A DNA stretch of 64,000 bases, from NCBI GenBank assembly GCA_964619675.1, contig CAZUEO010000001.1, positions 2,138 through 66,137 on the forward strand, in the 5' to 3' direction. The notes under the pieces were generated by a model. It searched no databases. It saw only the letters and a program-made list of their open reading frames with translations, and was not told the DNA's origin. Position 1 is the stretch's first letter. Every line of letters begins with the position of its first letter. This stretch comes from an uncultured Planctomycetaceae bacterium. GTDB lineage: Bacteria > Planctomycetota > Phycisphaerae > Sedimentisphaerales > UBA12454. The position numbers and the translations under genes are program-made. This document shows, piece after piece, positions 36,793-45,363 of this stretch.

Positions 36793-38226
36793 ATGAAAAA
36801 GAACAGGGATAAAAAAATTATTGTTTTCCGGCTTTTGGTCTTGGTATTTTTCTGCACAAGATGTCTCGCTCTCCAGGACGAAATAGGTAACCCGGCAGTT
36901 CCGCCGAGCAGCGTCAAAAGCGGGCTGGTAAAATCTCCAAATCCAGTTGATACCACTGGTAATCTTACCGTAACCGGCAATGTCAGCGGCTTGGCATATT
37001 TTCACGGCCTTGTCCCTTATCGGGCACCGACCCAGTTCGGAGCGCCGATGGGAAGCGATGATATAAGTTCATTTCTCAGGCGCTCTGCACCGATAAACTC
37101 GTCGAGGTCGCAGCTTTCGCCGCAGCCTTATTATCTGCCTTCGAGCACCGTAAGTTCACTTGCTCCAAGCGCATTGGGCACGGTCTTGACGTATCCGAGT
37201 ATTCGGGCTAACAAGGGAACGGGGGAATTTGTAGCACCACAGGCGCCAAAGATTGAGAAAAAATTGGAAATACCGGCTGCTTCTCCTTTGTATGATTACA
37301 GCAGAACCAGGCCGTTAAGTTATGAACCGACGGATGTGGAAAGGATGATAACTTATGAGCTTATACGTGAAAAAACCAAAAAGGAATTAAGTCAGGCTCT
37401 GCAGAAGGCGACAGGAGATATTTACAAGATTGACACTGAGGTCGAGCAGGCTAAGCAGCCGGCGGAAGGTACTCTTTCAGTGCCTCAGCCCGCCGAACCG
37501 GCTAAGCCGCTGGAGCCGTCTGAGCCTTTGCAGCCCGGCAGGATTCCAGAGACCGAAGCTAAGCAGCCTGCCGGCAAAGATATTTATGAGCAGATGCTCG
37601 AGGATATTAAAAAAGCTCCGCAGCTGCAGAAAGTTCCTCAGCCTGCCGAGCAGAACCAACCGCAGGAAGAAGACCCTGCTGAGTTTAAAAGTGAACTGGC
37701 AAAAATAGAAAAGGAAACTGCCGATGCCTTTGTCGGTGTGCATAAGAGCTTTGCGGCGCAGGCAAAGGACAAATTCAACTATTATATGCGGACAGCCGAG
37801 GAGTTTTTAAAGCAGGGTAAATATTATAGCGCTGTCGATGCCTATACACTTGCCAGCGTATATAAGCCTGGTGACCCGCTTGCTTATGCAGGCAGGGCGC
37901 ATGCTCTGTTTACCTCCGGAGAATATATGAGCAGCGCGTACTTTCTTGCAAGGGCAATAAATATCTTCCCGGAGTATGTCAATTTCAAAATCGACCTGAA
38001 TGCAATGATACCTGACACAAGCCAGTTTGAGGGCAGGATTACGGATGTAAAACAGTGGGCTGAAAAAACAAAGTCGGCGGAACTCAATTTTCTGCTGGCG
38101 TATGTGTATTACCAGCTTGATAAAACAGATTTGGCGCTGGCGGCGATAAATTCTGCTGCCGAAAAGATGCCTGACAATATTGCCATAAAGGTACTGAAGC
38201 AGGCTATAGAGAAGAAGGCACAGTGA
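36793..38226 (+). CDS. Exported protein with a Pro/Gln-rich linker and C-terminal TPR-like repeats
   Basis: The N-terminus is hydrophobic (IIVFRLLVLVFFCTRCLA). PQPAEP-type repeats are present. YYSAVDAYTLASVYKPGDPLAYAGRAHALFTSGEYMSSAYFLARAI is a TPR pattern. Confidence 0.6.
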   Translation: MKKNRDKKIIVFRLLVLVFFCTRCLALQDEIGNPAVPPSSVKSGLVKSPNPVDTTGNLTVTGNVSGLAYFHGLVPYRAPTQFGAPMGSDDISSFLRRSAPINSSRSQLSPQPYYLPSSTVSSLAPSALGTVLTYPSIRANKGTGEFVAPQAPKIEKKLEIPAASPLYDYSRTRPLSYEPTDVERMITYELIREKTKKELSQALQKATGDIYKIDTEVEQAKQPAEGTLSVPQPAEPAKPLEPSEPLQPGRIPETEAKQPAGKDIYEQMLEDIKKAPQLQKVPQPAEQNQPQEEDPAEFKSELAKIEKETADAFVGVHKSFAAQAKDKFNYYMRTAEEFLKQGKYYSAVDAYTLASVYKPGDPLAYAGRAHALFTSGEYMSSAYFLARAINIFPEYVNFKIDLNAMIPDTSQFEGRITDVKQWAEKTKSAELNFLLAYVYYQLDKTDLALAAINSAAEKMPDNIAIKVLKQAIEKKAQ

Positions 38227-38235
38227 GGCGTATCA

Positions 38236-40206
38236 TTGGTCAGTTTAAAGCAGCAGGATAATTTCAATGAAGAAAGAATTTTTGGTTCTGCGGGGGCTCT
38301 TGCAAGTGCATATCCGGGATATGAGGATAGACCCGGGCAGAGACAAATGGCAGGAGCCGTGCAGAATGCCCTAAAAGGGCATTTTCATCTTGCCGTTGAG
38401 GCGCCGACAGGAATCGGCAAAAGCTTCGCATATCTGGTACCTGCGGTACAGGCAGCAAAACGGCAAAAGTGCAGAATTCTTATAAGCACCTATACAATTA
38501 CCCTGCAGGAGCAGTTGATAAACAAGGACATCCCATTTCTGGCTCGTCTGCTTAATGACGGTTTTACCGCCTGCCTTGCAAAAGGACGCAACAATTTTAT
38601 CTGCCTCAGAAGGCTTGATTTTGCTGTCAGGAGACAGCAGGGGCTTTTTGACAGTGATACTGCTCAGCTCGTGCGACTGGATAGCTGGGCAAAACAGAGC
38701 ACGGATGGTTCGCTTAGCGACCTTTCGTTTGTGCCAACACCACAGGTTTGGCATGCTATAATGAGCGAACACGGAAGCTGTAAGGGAAGAAAATGTCCGT
38801 ATTTCGGTAAGTGTTTTTACTGGCGAAACCGCAGGCGACTGGAAAATGCCGATATCATTGTGGCGAATCATGCTCTGCTGTTTAGCGACCTCGTATTAAG
38901 ACAGCAGAACGTTTCAATACTTCCAGATTACAAATTTGTGATTGTCGATGAGGCGCACAACATTGAAAATGTTGCCGAAGAACATTTCGGACTCAATGTA
39001 AGTGACGCGCGTATCTCCTTTATCCTCAACAGCTTATACAATAAAAAAACAAAGAGAGGATTTCTTGCCAATGCCAAAGATAGTGAAGCTGTGAATCTTG
39101 TAAGTTCCTGCCGCAAATCTGCAGATGGTTTTTTCAGGGATATTGGACGCTGGTTCGAATCAAATGGTGGCAACGGCAGAACAAGAGCCGGTTTTGTGAC
39201 CGACAGTGTTACCGAACCAATTAAAAAGCTGAGGCTTTCTCTTTCAAAAATCGCCGGTCAAAGTAAAGATGCTGATGAGCAGTTTGAGTTTTTACGCTTT
39301 GCAGACTTGCTGGCGGCGGTTGAAACTGATTTGAAAAGTTATCTTTTGCACGATGATGAGAACAGCATTTACTGGGTTGAGTCGGCAAAAAACAAAAGAA
39401 AGACACTGACACTCAGAAAAGTCCCTGTCAACGTAGCGGAAAATATAAAAAACTGTCTTTTTGATAAATTTGAATCAGTGATATTAACAAGTGCAACCCT
39501 CTGCGTTGCCTTGTCAGGCCGGGGCGAGGAATTTGGGTTCTTTGCCGAGCGTATCGGTCTCGTGAAGTTTGAGCGGTTAAGACTTGAGACGCCTTTTGAC
39601 TATCAAAGGCAGGTAACGATGTATATTGAACCGGACCTGCCTGAGCCGAATGATAAAAATTTCGCACAGGCCGCAGCAGAGAAAATAAAAAAATATATAA
39701 CACAGACAAACGGCAGGGCTTTTGTGCTGTTCACAAGTTATCAGATGCTTGATGAATTTGTCGAATTGCTTTCCGGCTGGCTGGGTGAAAAGGATATCGA
39801 GTTGCTTGTGCAGGGCGGCGGGACGGATAGAAGCGAACTATTAAGACGGTTTAGAACCAATGCAGGCAGTGTACTTTTCGGCACAGACAGTTTCTGGCAG
39901 GGGGTAGATGTGCCGGGAGAAGCCTTGAGCAATGTTATTATCGTCAGATTACCTTTTGCAGTTCCGACACATCCCCTCATTCAGGGCAGAATCGAATATA
40001 TAAAGGCTGCCGGACGCGACCCTTTTTTGGATTATCAGCTTCCGATGGCGATTATAAAATTCAAGCAGGGCTTCGGAAGACTTATAAGAAGCAAAACAGA
40101 CAGTGGAATTGTGGTTGTACTTGATAGCAGAATTATGCGTAAAAGCTACGGCAGAGAGTTTTTAGCGGCTATTGAAAAGTGCAGAATAGAAATAGCAGAA
40201 CAGTAA
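38236..40206 (+). CDS. dinG: DinG/XPD-family ATP-dependent DNA helicase (Fe-S type)
   Basis: It has Walker A (APTGIGKS), a DEAH box (VDEAHNI) and four cysteines (FICL..., SCKGRKCPYFGKCFY) in the Fe-S position. The C-terminal helicase motifs are FGTDSFWQGVD and GRLIR. Confidence 0.85.
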   Translation: MVSLKQQDNFNEERIFGSAGALASAYPGYEDRPGQRQMAGAVQNALKGHFHLAVEAPTGIGKSFAYLVPAVQAAKRQKCRILISTYTITLQEQLINKDIPFLARLLNDGFTACLAKGRNNFICLRRLDFAVRRQQGLFDSDTAQLVRLDSWAKQSTDGSLSDLSFVPTPQVWHAIMSEHGSCKGRKCPYFGKCFYWRNRRRLENADIIVANHALLFSDLVLRQQNVSILPDYKFVIVDEAHNIENVAEEHFGLNVSDARISFILNSLYNKKTKRGFLANAKDSEAVNLVSSCRKSADGFFRDIGRWFESNGGNGRTRAGFVTDSVTEPIKKLRLSLSKIAGQSKDADEQFEFLRFADLLAAVETDLKSYLLHDDENSIYWVESAKNKRKTLTLRKVPVNVAENIKNCLFDKFESVILTSATLCVALSGRGEEFGFFAERIGLVKFERLRLETPFDYQRQVTMYIEPDLPEPNDKNFAQAAAEKIKKYITQTNGRAFVLFTSYQMLDEFVELLSGWLGEKDIELLVQGGGTDRSELLRRFRTNAGSVLFGTDSFWQGVDVPGEALSNVIIVRLPFAVPTHPLIQGRIEYIKAAGRDPFLDYQLPMAIIKFKQGFGRLIRSKTDSGIVVVLDSRIMRKSYGREFLAAIEKCRIEIAEQ

Positions 40207-40222
40207 AAATTGCGAAAAACCT

Positions 40223-40969
40223 TTAAGTTTTTTTCACCTTTTTTAATAGATGTTCGAGCCGGATTCTAAGCTGCCCCAGTTCTTTTGATTTAAAGGAGCT
40301 TTTTGTTCTTTCAATGGCTCTTACGGTCTCTAAAAGAGCTTCGGTCAGTTCCGTCAATCGAGGACAGTTTAAAAGATTGCAGACGGCCGAGTCAGGCGGT
40401 TCGTCTGTAAGTATATATATAAGGTTTTTGACATTTCCCATAGCAGCACTTATGTTTCCAAGCGTAAGGTCCAGAAAACTTCTTGCAGAAGCTGAAAATG
40501 TTCCGTGATTTTTATCTTTCAGCACTTTTTCTATATCCTGCATTTGTTTCTGCCACGCTGCAAGCCTTTGTTTTGTCTCGGAGACGGTCTGGAAAAGGTT
40601 CTTTCGCCGGATTGCTTCAGCGACGTTTTTCTTAAGTTCTTCAAAGTCAATGGGCTTAACCATATAGGCGGCTACAGAAAGTCCGACAGCTTCGATTGCG
40701 GACTTCTGGGATGGAAATGCGGTAACAAGGATAGCCGGTATTCCTTTTGCCAGTTTCGGCATTTTTTTAATCAGTTCAAGGTCGGGATTTCCCGGCATCT
40801 TGATATCAGCAATGAGCAAATCGTAGGAGTGTTGTCTGAGTTTTTCGACGGCAGTATTGGCATCGCCGACGCAGTCACATTCATAGCCTTGTTTGCGGAG
40901 CAGTTCGCCTGTTGACTCGCGGAAAGTCTGTTCGTCATCGGCCAGCAGGATTTTTCCGGTGGTAGTCAT
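40223..40969 (-). CDS. Response regulator: receiver domain plus an unrecognised helical C-terminal domain of about 120 aa
   Basis: The receiver domain has ILLADDE, LLIADIKMPG, TAFPS and VKP. The C-terminal domain has SFLDLT...CNLLNCPRLTELTE...KSKELGQLRIRLEHLLKK and is paralogous to the C-terminus of 41302..42063. Confidence 0.85.
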   Translation of the reverse strand: MTTTGKILLADDEQTFRESTGELLRKQGYECDCVGDANTAVEKLRQHSYDLLIADIKMPGNPDLELIKKMPKLAKGIPAILVTAFPSQKSAIEAVGLSVAAYMVKPIDFEELKKNVAEAIRRKNLFQTVSETKQRLAAWQKQMQDIEKVLKDKNHGTFSASARSFLDLTLGNISAAMGNVKNLIYILTDEPPDSAVCNLLNCPRLTELTEALLETVRAIERTKSSFKSKELGQLRIRLEHLLKKVKKT

Positions 40970-41301
40970 GACAATCTCCTTTTTTTCTAATCCCGTTAAA
41001 GATTCGCTGTGATTAACCCGGTTTTTGCCACAGCGCAGGCAGAGGTTGCCGAAGTCAGCGATTCAGCTTACTGTAAGCTTTTGAGCAAAGCTGTGCCCTA
41101 AATCATATGGGGTGATTGGCTTGTTCAAGCCGTCGCGCAGTATATATTTTTCAATTCTGCGGTCCACACTTCTTGATGTCGAGTCTTCTGCATGTTTCTA
41201 TCATATACCCTCAATGATAATATACGTTATCGGCAGCGAATATTGCACCCAGGTTATTGCCCAGTTATTACAGATATTATCGGCAATTCCAGTAAAAAAT
41301 A

Positions 41302-42063
41302 TTAACTTTTTTGGATGCTTTTCAGGAGTTTTTCCAGTTTTGTTCGAACTTTTGCGAGTTGTTTTGATTTATACAAATTTCTGCTTTTTTTCAGAGATTC
41401 TATGGACAGTTTGACGCCTTCGGTAAGTTCCAAAAGTGCAGGGCATTGTATAAGCCGGCATATTTCCATGCGAGGCTTTAAGCTGTCGAGCAGAATGATT
41501 GCCTGATGGATGCTGTTGAAAGTGCCGTCTATTTTAATGGTTGTGACATCGAGAAAGCTTTTTAACGCTGTCTCAAATGCATCACATTTACCGTTCTGCA
41601 GGGAAAGTTCTATAGTTTCCAGTTCGCCCATCCACTGTTGAAGACTTTTTCTGTTTGCAGCGATGGTCTTACGAAGTCGGCTTATTTTTATGGCGTCCCT
41701 CGTTTTTTGCAGAAGTTGCGGAAAGTCAACAGGTTTTACGAGATATGCTATTACAGGTAAATGAATCGCATCTACGGCTGTCTGCTGTGAAGGATATGCA
41801 GTTATAAGAATGATACTCACCACAGTAGTGGTCCGGGATAGTTGTTTGACGAGTTCCAGGCCGGAATTGCCCTGCATTTTTATGTCGGCAATAAGTAAAT
41901 CATAAGTCTTTTCAGACAATCTTTTCAGTGCCTCTGTCGCAGTTTCGGCACAGTCACATTCAAAGCCCGCGTTGCGTAATAATTGCGCCGTTGCCATCAG
42001 GAATGTCTGCTCGTCGTCTGCTATTAAAATTCTGCCGAACAAATTGTCATTCTGTTGGTTCAT
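41302..42063 (-). CDS. Response regulator paralog (receiver plus the same unrecognised C-terminal domain)
   Basis: ILIADDE, LLIADIKMQG, TAYPS and VKP define the receiver. The C-terminus is SFLDVT...CRLIQCPALLELTE...KSKQLAKVRTKLEKLLKS. Its ATG overlaps the 3' end of the kinase gene by 17 nt. Confidence 0.85.
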   Translation of the reverse strand: MNQQNDNLFGRILIADDEQTFLMATAQLLRNAGFECDCAETATEALKRLSEKTYDLLIADIKMQGNSGLELVKQLSRTTTVVSIILITAYPSQQTAVDAIHLPVIAYLVKPVDFPQLLQKTRDAIKISRLRKTIAANRKSLQQWMGELETIELSLQNGKCDAFETALKSFLDVTTIKIDGTFNSIHQAIILLDSLKPRMEICRLIQCPALLELTEGVKLSIESLKKSRNLYKSKQLAKVRTKLEKLLKSIQKS

Positions 42064-44776
42064 TTCTCATCGGAATGGAAATATTAAAAATGGTTCCTTT
42101 GTTTTTTTCACTCGTAAAATCGATGGTTCCGTCCATCGCGGTGATAATATCTTTTGTTATGGCGAGTCCCAGTCCCAGTCCGCTTTTAGGGCCGCCGAGG
42201 CCTGTTGTAAAAAACGGCTCAAAAACTCTGTCTTTTATCTCGTCGTCTATACCAGGTCCTTCGTCGCTGACCGAGATGTTTAGCCTGCCGTCCTCCGCAG
42301 AAGCGCGTATCTTTACCATCGTATCGGGGCCGGAAGCCTGTATTGCGTTTTGAACAATATTATAAATTACCTGTCGGAGCAAGGCTTCAGAAAGAGTAAT
42401 AATGGTTTTTTCATTACAGTCTATTTCGATATTTATGTGTTTTTCCTGACTGGCAATTTTCAGGAGTTCGACAATATCCCGAATACTCTCATAGACCCTG
42501 AATTTATCTGCCAAACGCGTTTCCGGTCTGTAAAGGTTGAACATCTGTTTTACAATCTGTGAGACCCTGTTGATTTCTCTTTCGATTCTTCCTATGTATT
42601 CAAAGTACCGGTGGTTCGGCGGGACAGCGTCCTTTATAAGAAGAAGAGAATTTTTTATGCCGGCAAGGGGGTTGTTGATTTCGTGAGCAATCTGTGCCGC
42701 AAGTTTACCTGCCCCGGCCAGTTTTTCTGTTTCCTGCAGTATTTTCTGGATACGGTTTCTTTCCTCGATCGTTTTTAATAGTTGGGTATTTGTTTTCCGC
42801 AGTTCCACCGTTCGCTGTTCGACTCTTTGTTCCAGTTCGAGATGCGCTTTTCTTAGTTCTTCTTCGGCCTGCTTGCGCTCAGTGATATCGCGAAAACTGC
42901 CCATAATGCGTTTTTTGCCGCCTAAGGTAATTATCGACGTATTAACATCTGCGTAAAAAACGCTGCCGTCTTTCCTTTTTACCGGCAGGCTCTCAGCAAG
43001 CTTGATTTCTCCTCGCGCCTGACGCTCGAACATCTCCATAACTCGCGGCAGGTCCTTGGCGGGATGGATGTCGTCAACACCAAGGTGTTTTATTTCTTCT
43101 TCGGTGTATCCTAACATCTCACATATCATTTTGTTGTATATTTGGAATCTTCTGGTTTCTACGTCTGCCACAAGTATTCCGTCCCTGGCATCATCAAACA
43201 TGGTCTTTAATCTTGTCTCGGAGTCCTTTAGTTCTTGTTCAGCCTTTGATCTTTCTGTAATATCCTGGCCGGTCGAAAGAATGCCGATTACTCCGCCCTG
43301 GCTGTCTTTGAGAGTTCTGCCATACCATTCAATCTGTATGAATCTGCCGTCTTTCGTAACAATCGGGTTTATATTACCTTCTATGTATATGTCGTCCAGA
43401 GTTTTGTAGGATACCTGCTTGATTTTCTGTCTGTTTTCCTGAGGCAGAAAAGTGTCAAACCAGTTTTTGCCCTTTACTTCTTCAAGGCGCCAGCCGGACA
43501 ATTTTTCAAAATACGGGTTGAATGTTACAATATTTGCGTCCTTATCCAGGACGAGAACAATGGTCTGGGCTGTTTCGATTACTCTTTGTGCAAAGTCTCT
43601 CTGTTCCTTTAGTTCTTTTTTGATTTCAAGACGCTTCATTGCGTTTGCCAGGTCGTTTGTGGCGGTGCGGAGAAATTCGATTTCAGATGTCGTCCATTGG
43701 CGCTGCTCGGTGCAGTTGTCAAAGCTGATAAATCCTTCCAGTTTGCCGTCGATAATTATCGGCAGAGCAAGCAGAGCTTTTATATTCAGGGAGTTCCAAA
43801 AGGCCTGTTCATCAGCGAGGCTGTTGGAAGTCAGTAAGCATACAGGCTTGTTACAGGAGAAGTTTTTTTCCCAATTCGGCCAGATTTTTTGCGTAAAGAA
43901 ATCATGAGTTTTTTCTGTGATGGCTTTTATGTCTTTATTTGCATTCCACTGTGCCTGGATTGGGAGGGTTAATCTGCCGTTTTGATCGGTTCTTTTGAGA
44001 ATGACGAGCACTCTGTCGGTGCCTGAAGCGGATCCTAATGCAGTGACAAATTCCTCATATGGTATTTCCGATATCGGGTGCAAGAGTATGTTGGTAGCGG
44101 CACCAAGGGCTTCTAAATATCGTTTGTGTTTCTGCAGTTCCAGCTCGTGTTCTTTTCTTTCGGTTATATTTCTCGATACTCCGCACATCCCTGTCGGCTT
44201 GCCGTCCTTATCTTTCATTAGCCAGGTATGGCACTCCACTGTGACCATGCTGCCGTCGGAAGCTTTGTTGACAATTTCCCCCGACCAACTGCCTTTTTGA
44301 AGGGTAGTCTGGATTATTTCCTGCTGAGTTGCGCCTAAAGAAGGTTCTTGACCGAAGATTTCAACTGATTTTCCGACAAGTTCATCCTTGTTTCTTTTTG
44401 CCCAGTTGCCTTCTGTCTGATTGACATAGGTGATTTTTCCTTCAAGGTTGGTAGCCGTAATGCCGTCGCCTATTTCGTCGAGAAGCATAGACTGGAAGCG
44501 GAGTTCTTCTTCGGACTGAGCCAGTTTTTTGTGTGCCTTTTGTAGTTCAAACCATCTTCTGAATGCAAAGACGGCCATTGCTGCTGAGAGAAATGCCGCC
44601 AAAAGCAGCAGCTCATGGAGTTTTTTATGCTGTTGAGCCGGCAAGTTGTAAAGCCAGCCAAAAATCCCCAAAAGATTTACTGCTGAAAACAAGACCACCG
44701 CAGTAGAAATTGCTATTACAAATTCCGCCGTTGCTTTGCTTATCGGTAGCGGTTTTTTGGCTTTTTTTGTCTCCAT
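42047..44776 (-). CDS. Membrane sensor histidine kinase (2 TM segments, PAS-GAF-PAS-PAS, HisKA, HATPase)
   Basis: Two N-terminal hydrophobic segments are followed by PAS-like blocks ending DITERK/NITERK. A GAF-like block is present (ALLALPIIIDGKLEGFISFDN). The H-box is AAQIAHEINNPLAGI, and the N/G boxes are NIVQNAIQA and DEGPGI....GLGLGLAI. Confidence 0.9.
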   Translation of the reverse strand: METKKAKKPLPISKATAEFVIAISTAVVLFSAVNLLGIFGWLYNLPAQQHKKLHELLLLAAFLSAAMAVFAFRRWFELQKAHKKLAQSEEELRFQSMLLDEIGDGITATNLEGKITYVNQTEGNWAKRNKDELVGKSVEIFGQEPSLGATQQEIIQTTLQKGSWSGEIVNKASDGSMVTVECHTWLMKDKDGKPTGMCGVSRNITERKEHELELQKHKRYLEALGAATNILLHPISEIPYEEFVTALGSASGTDRVLVILKRTDQNGRLTLPIQAQWNANKDIKAITEKTHDFFTQKIWPNWEKNFSCNKPVCLLTSNSLADEQAFWNSLNIKALLALPIIIDGKLEGFISFDNCTEQRQWTTSEIEFLRTATNDLANAMKRLEIKKELKEQRDFAQRVIETAQTIVLVLDKDANIVTFNPYFEKLSGWRLEEVKGKNWFDTFLPQENRQKIKQVSYKTLDDIYIEGNINPIVTKDGRFIQIEWYGRTLKDSQGGVIGILSTGQDITERSKAEQELKDSETRLKTMFDDARDGILVADVETRRFQIYNKMICEMLGYTEEEIKHLGVDDIHPAKDLPRVMEMFERQARGEIKLAESLPVKRKDGSVFYADVNTSIITLGGKKRIMGSFRDITERKQAEEELRKAHLELEQRVEQRTVELRKTNTQLLKTIEERNRIQKILQETEKLAGAGKLAAQIAHEINNPLAGIKNSLLLIKDAVPPNHRYFEYIGRIEREINRVSQIVKQMFNLYRPETRLADKFRVYESIRDIVELLKIASQEKHINIEIDCNEKTIITLSEALLRQVIYNIVQNAIQASGPDTMVKIRASAEDGRLNISVSDEGPGIDDEIKDRVFEPFFTTGLGGPKSGLGLGLAITKDIITAMDGTIDFTSEKNKGTIFNISIPMRNEPTE

Positions 44777-45045
44777 ACCTTATAAATATACGATTAAAGA
44801 TATATGTATCCTGAGTTATCTCCAAAGAATGTTAATCTGGGCTGGTTTTTTGCCTCTTAGTTCCTAAACTATGAGGCAGTTAAGTTAGCTTTTATTTAAT
44901 CTGTTGTCAATCGTCAATAGGAGATTTTTTCATCCTCCGCCGGACAGGCAAAAAAGCCTTTGCAGACCAGTGGATTTTATTATAGATAATATAATGTATC
45001 AATCGATGCTGATTTGTGTATGTTTAAAAGGAAAGGAGAATAAAC

Positions 45046-45249
45046 ATGCAATTCGGTAATGGTTTAAAGAAGAATCTGGTATTGTTTACAGCAGTTGTCG
45101 TTCTATCGGTCTGTATTAGCCGGTCCGCCTTTGCTGGCGACTTAAACGAAGATTGCAGAGTTGACTTTGGGGATTTTGCGGCAGTAGCAGAAAACTGGTT
45201 GATTGATTGCCGGCTGACCCAGCAAAATCCGGCCTGCATACCTGAATAA
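45046..45249 (+). CDS. Secreted 67-aa miniprotein: a signal peptide plus a single dockerin-like segment and 3 Cys
   Basis: A strong RBS (aaaggaaaggag) lies 8-9 nt upstream of the ATG. The signal peptide is ...VVVLSVCISRSAFA|G. The mature part GDLNEDCRVDFGDFAAVAENWLIDCRLTQQNPACIPE carries the same motif as the N-terminus of the 445..3918 protein and the C-terminal region of the giant protein. Confidence 0.6.
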   Translation: MQFGNGLKKNLVLFTAVVVLSVCISRSAFAGDLNEDCRVDFGDFAAVAENWLIDCRLTQQNPACIPE

Positions 45250-45363
45250 ATAATTCCGGCAGATGGTTTATGGTGAAACCGTCAGCATCGTACTAAGCTG
45301 CATCGGGTTGTCTGGACAATCCACGATTCAGCAGTTTTTATATAACCGGTAACTGAGTTAAAA

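Noticed and set aside
41112-41414. A 100-aa plus-strand ORF in the gap between the response-regulator genes.
   Set aside because: The translation is hydrophobic and low-complexity, with no RBS, and its 3' third overlaps the end of the 41302..42063 regulator on the opposite strand. I treated the region as regulatory or non-coding. A 22-aa minus-strand ORF in the same gap was also judged unsupported.
45262-45283. A hairpin (gatggttt-atggtg-aaaccgtc) between the convergent miniprotein and giant genes, considered as a bidirectional terminator.
   Set aside because: The stem is only 8 bp and includes a G-U pair. It has low GC content and no U-tract on either strand. That is not enough to call an intrinsic terminator.
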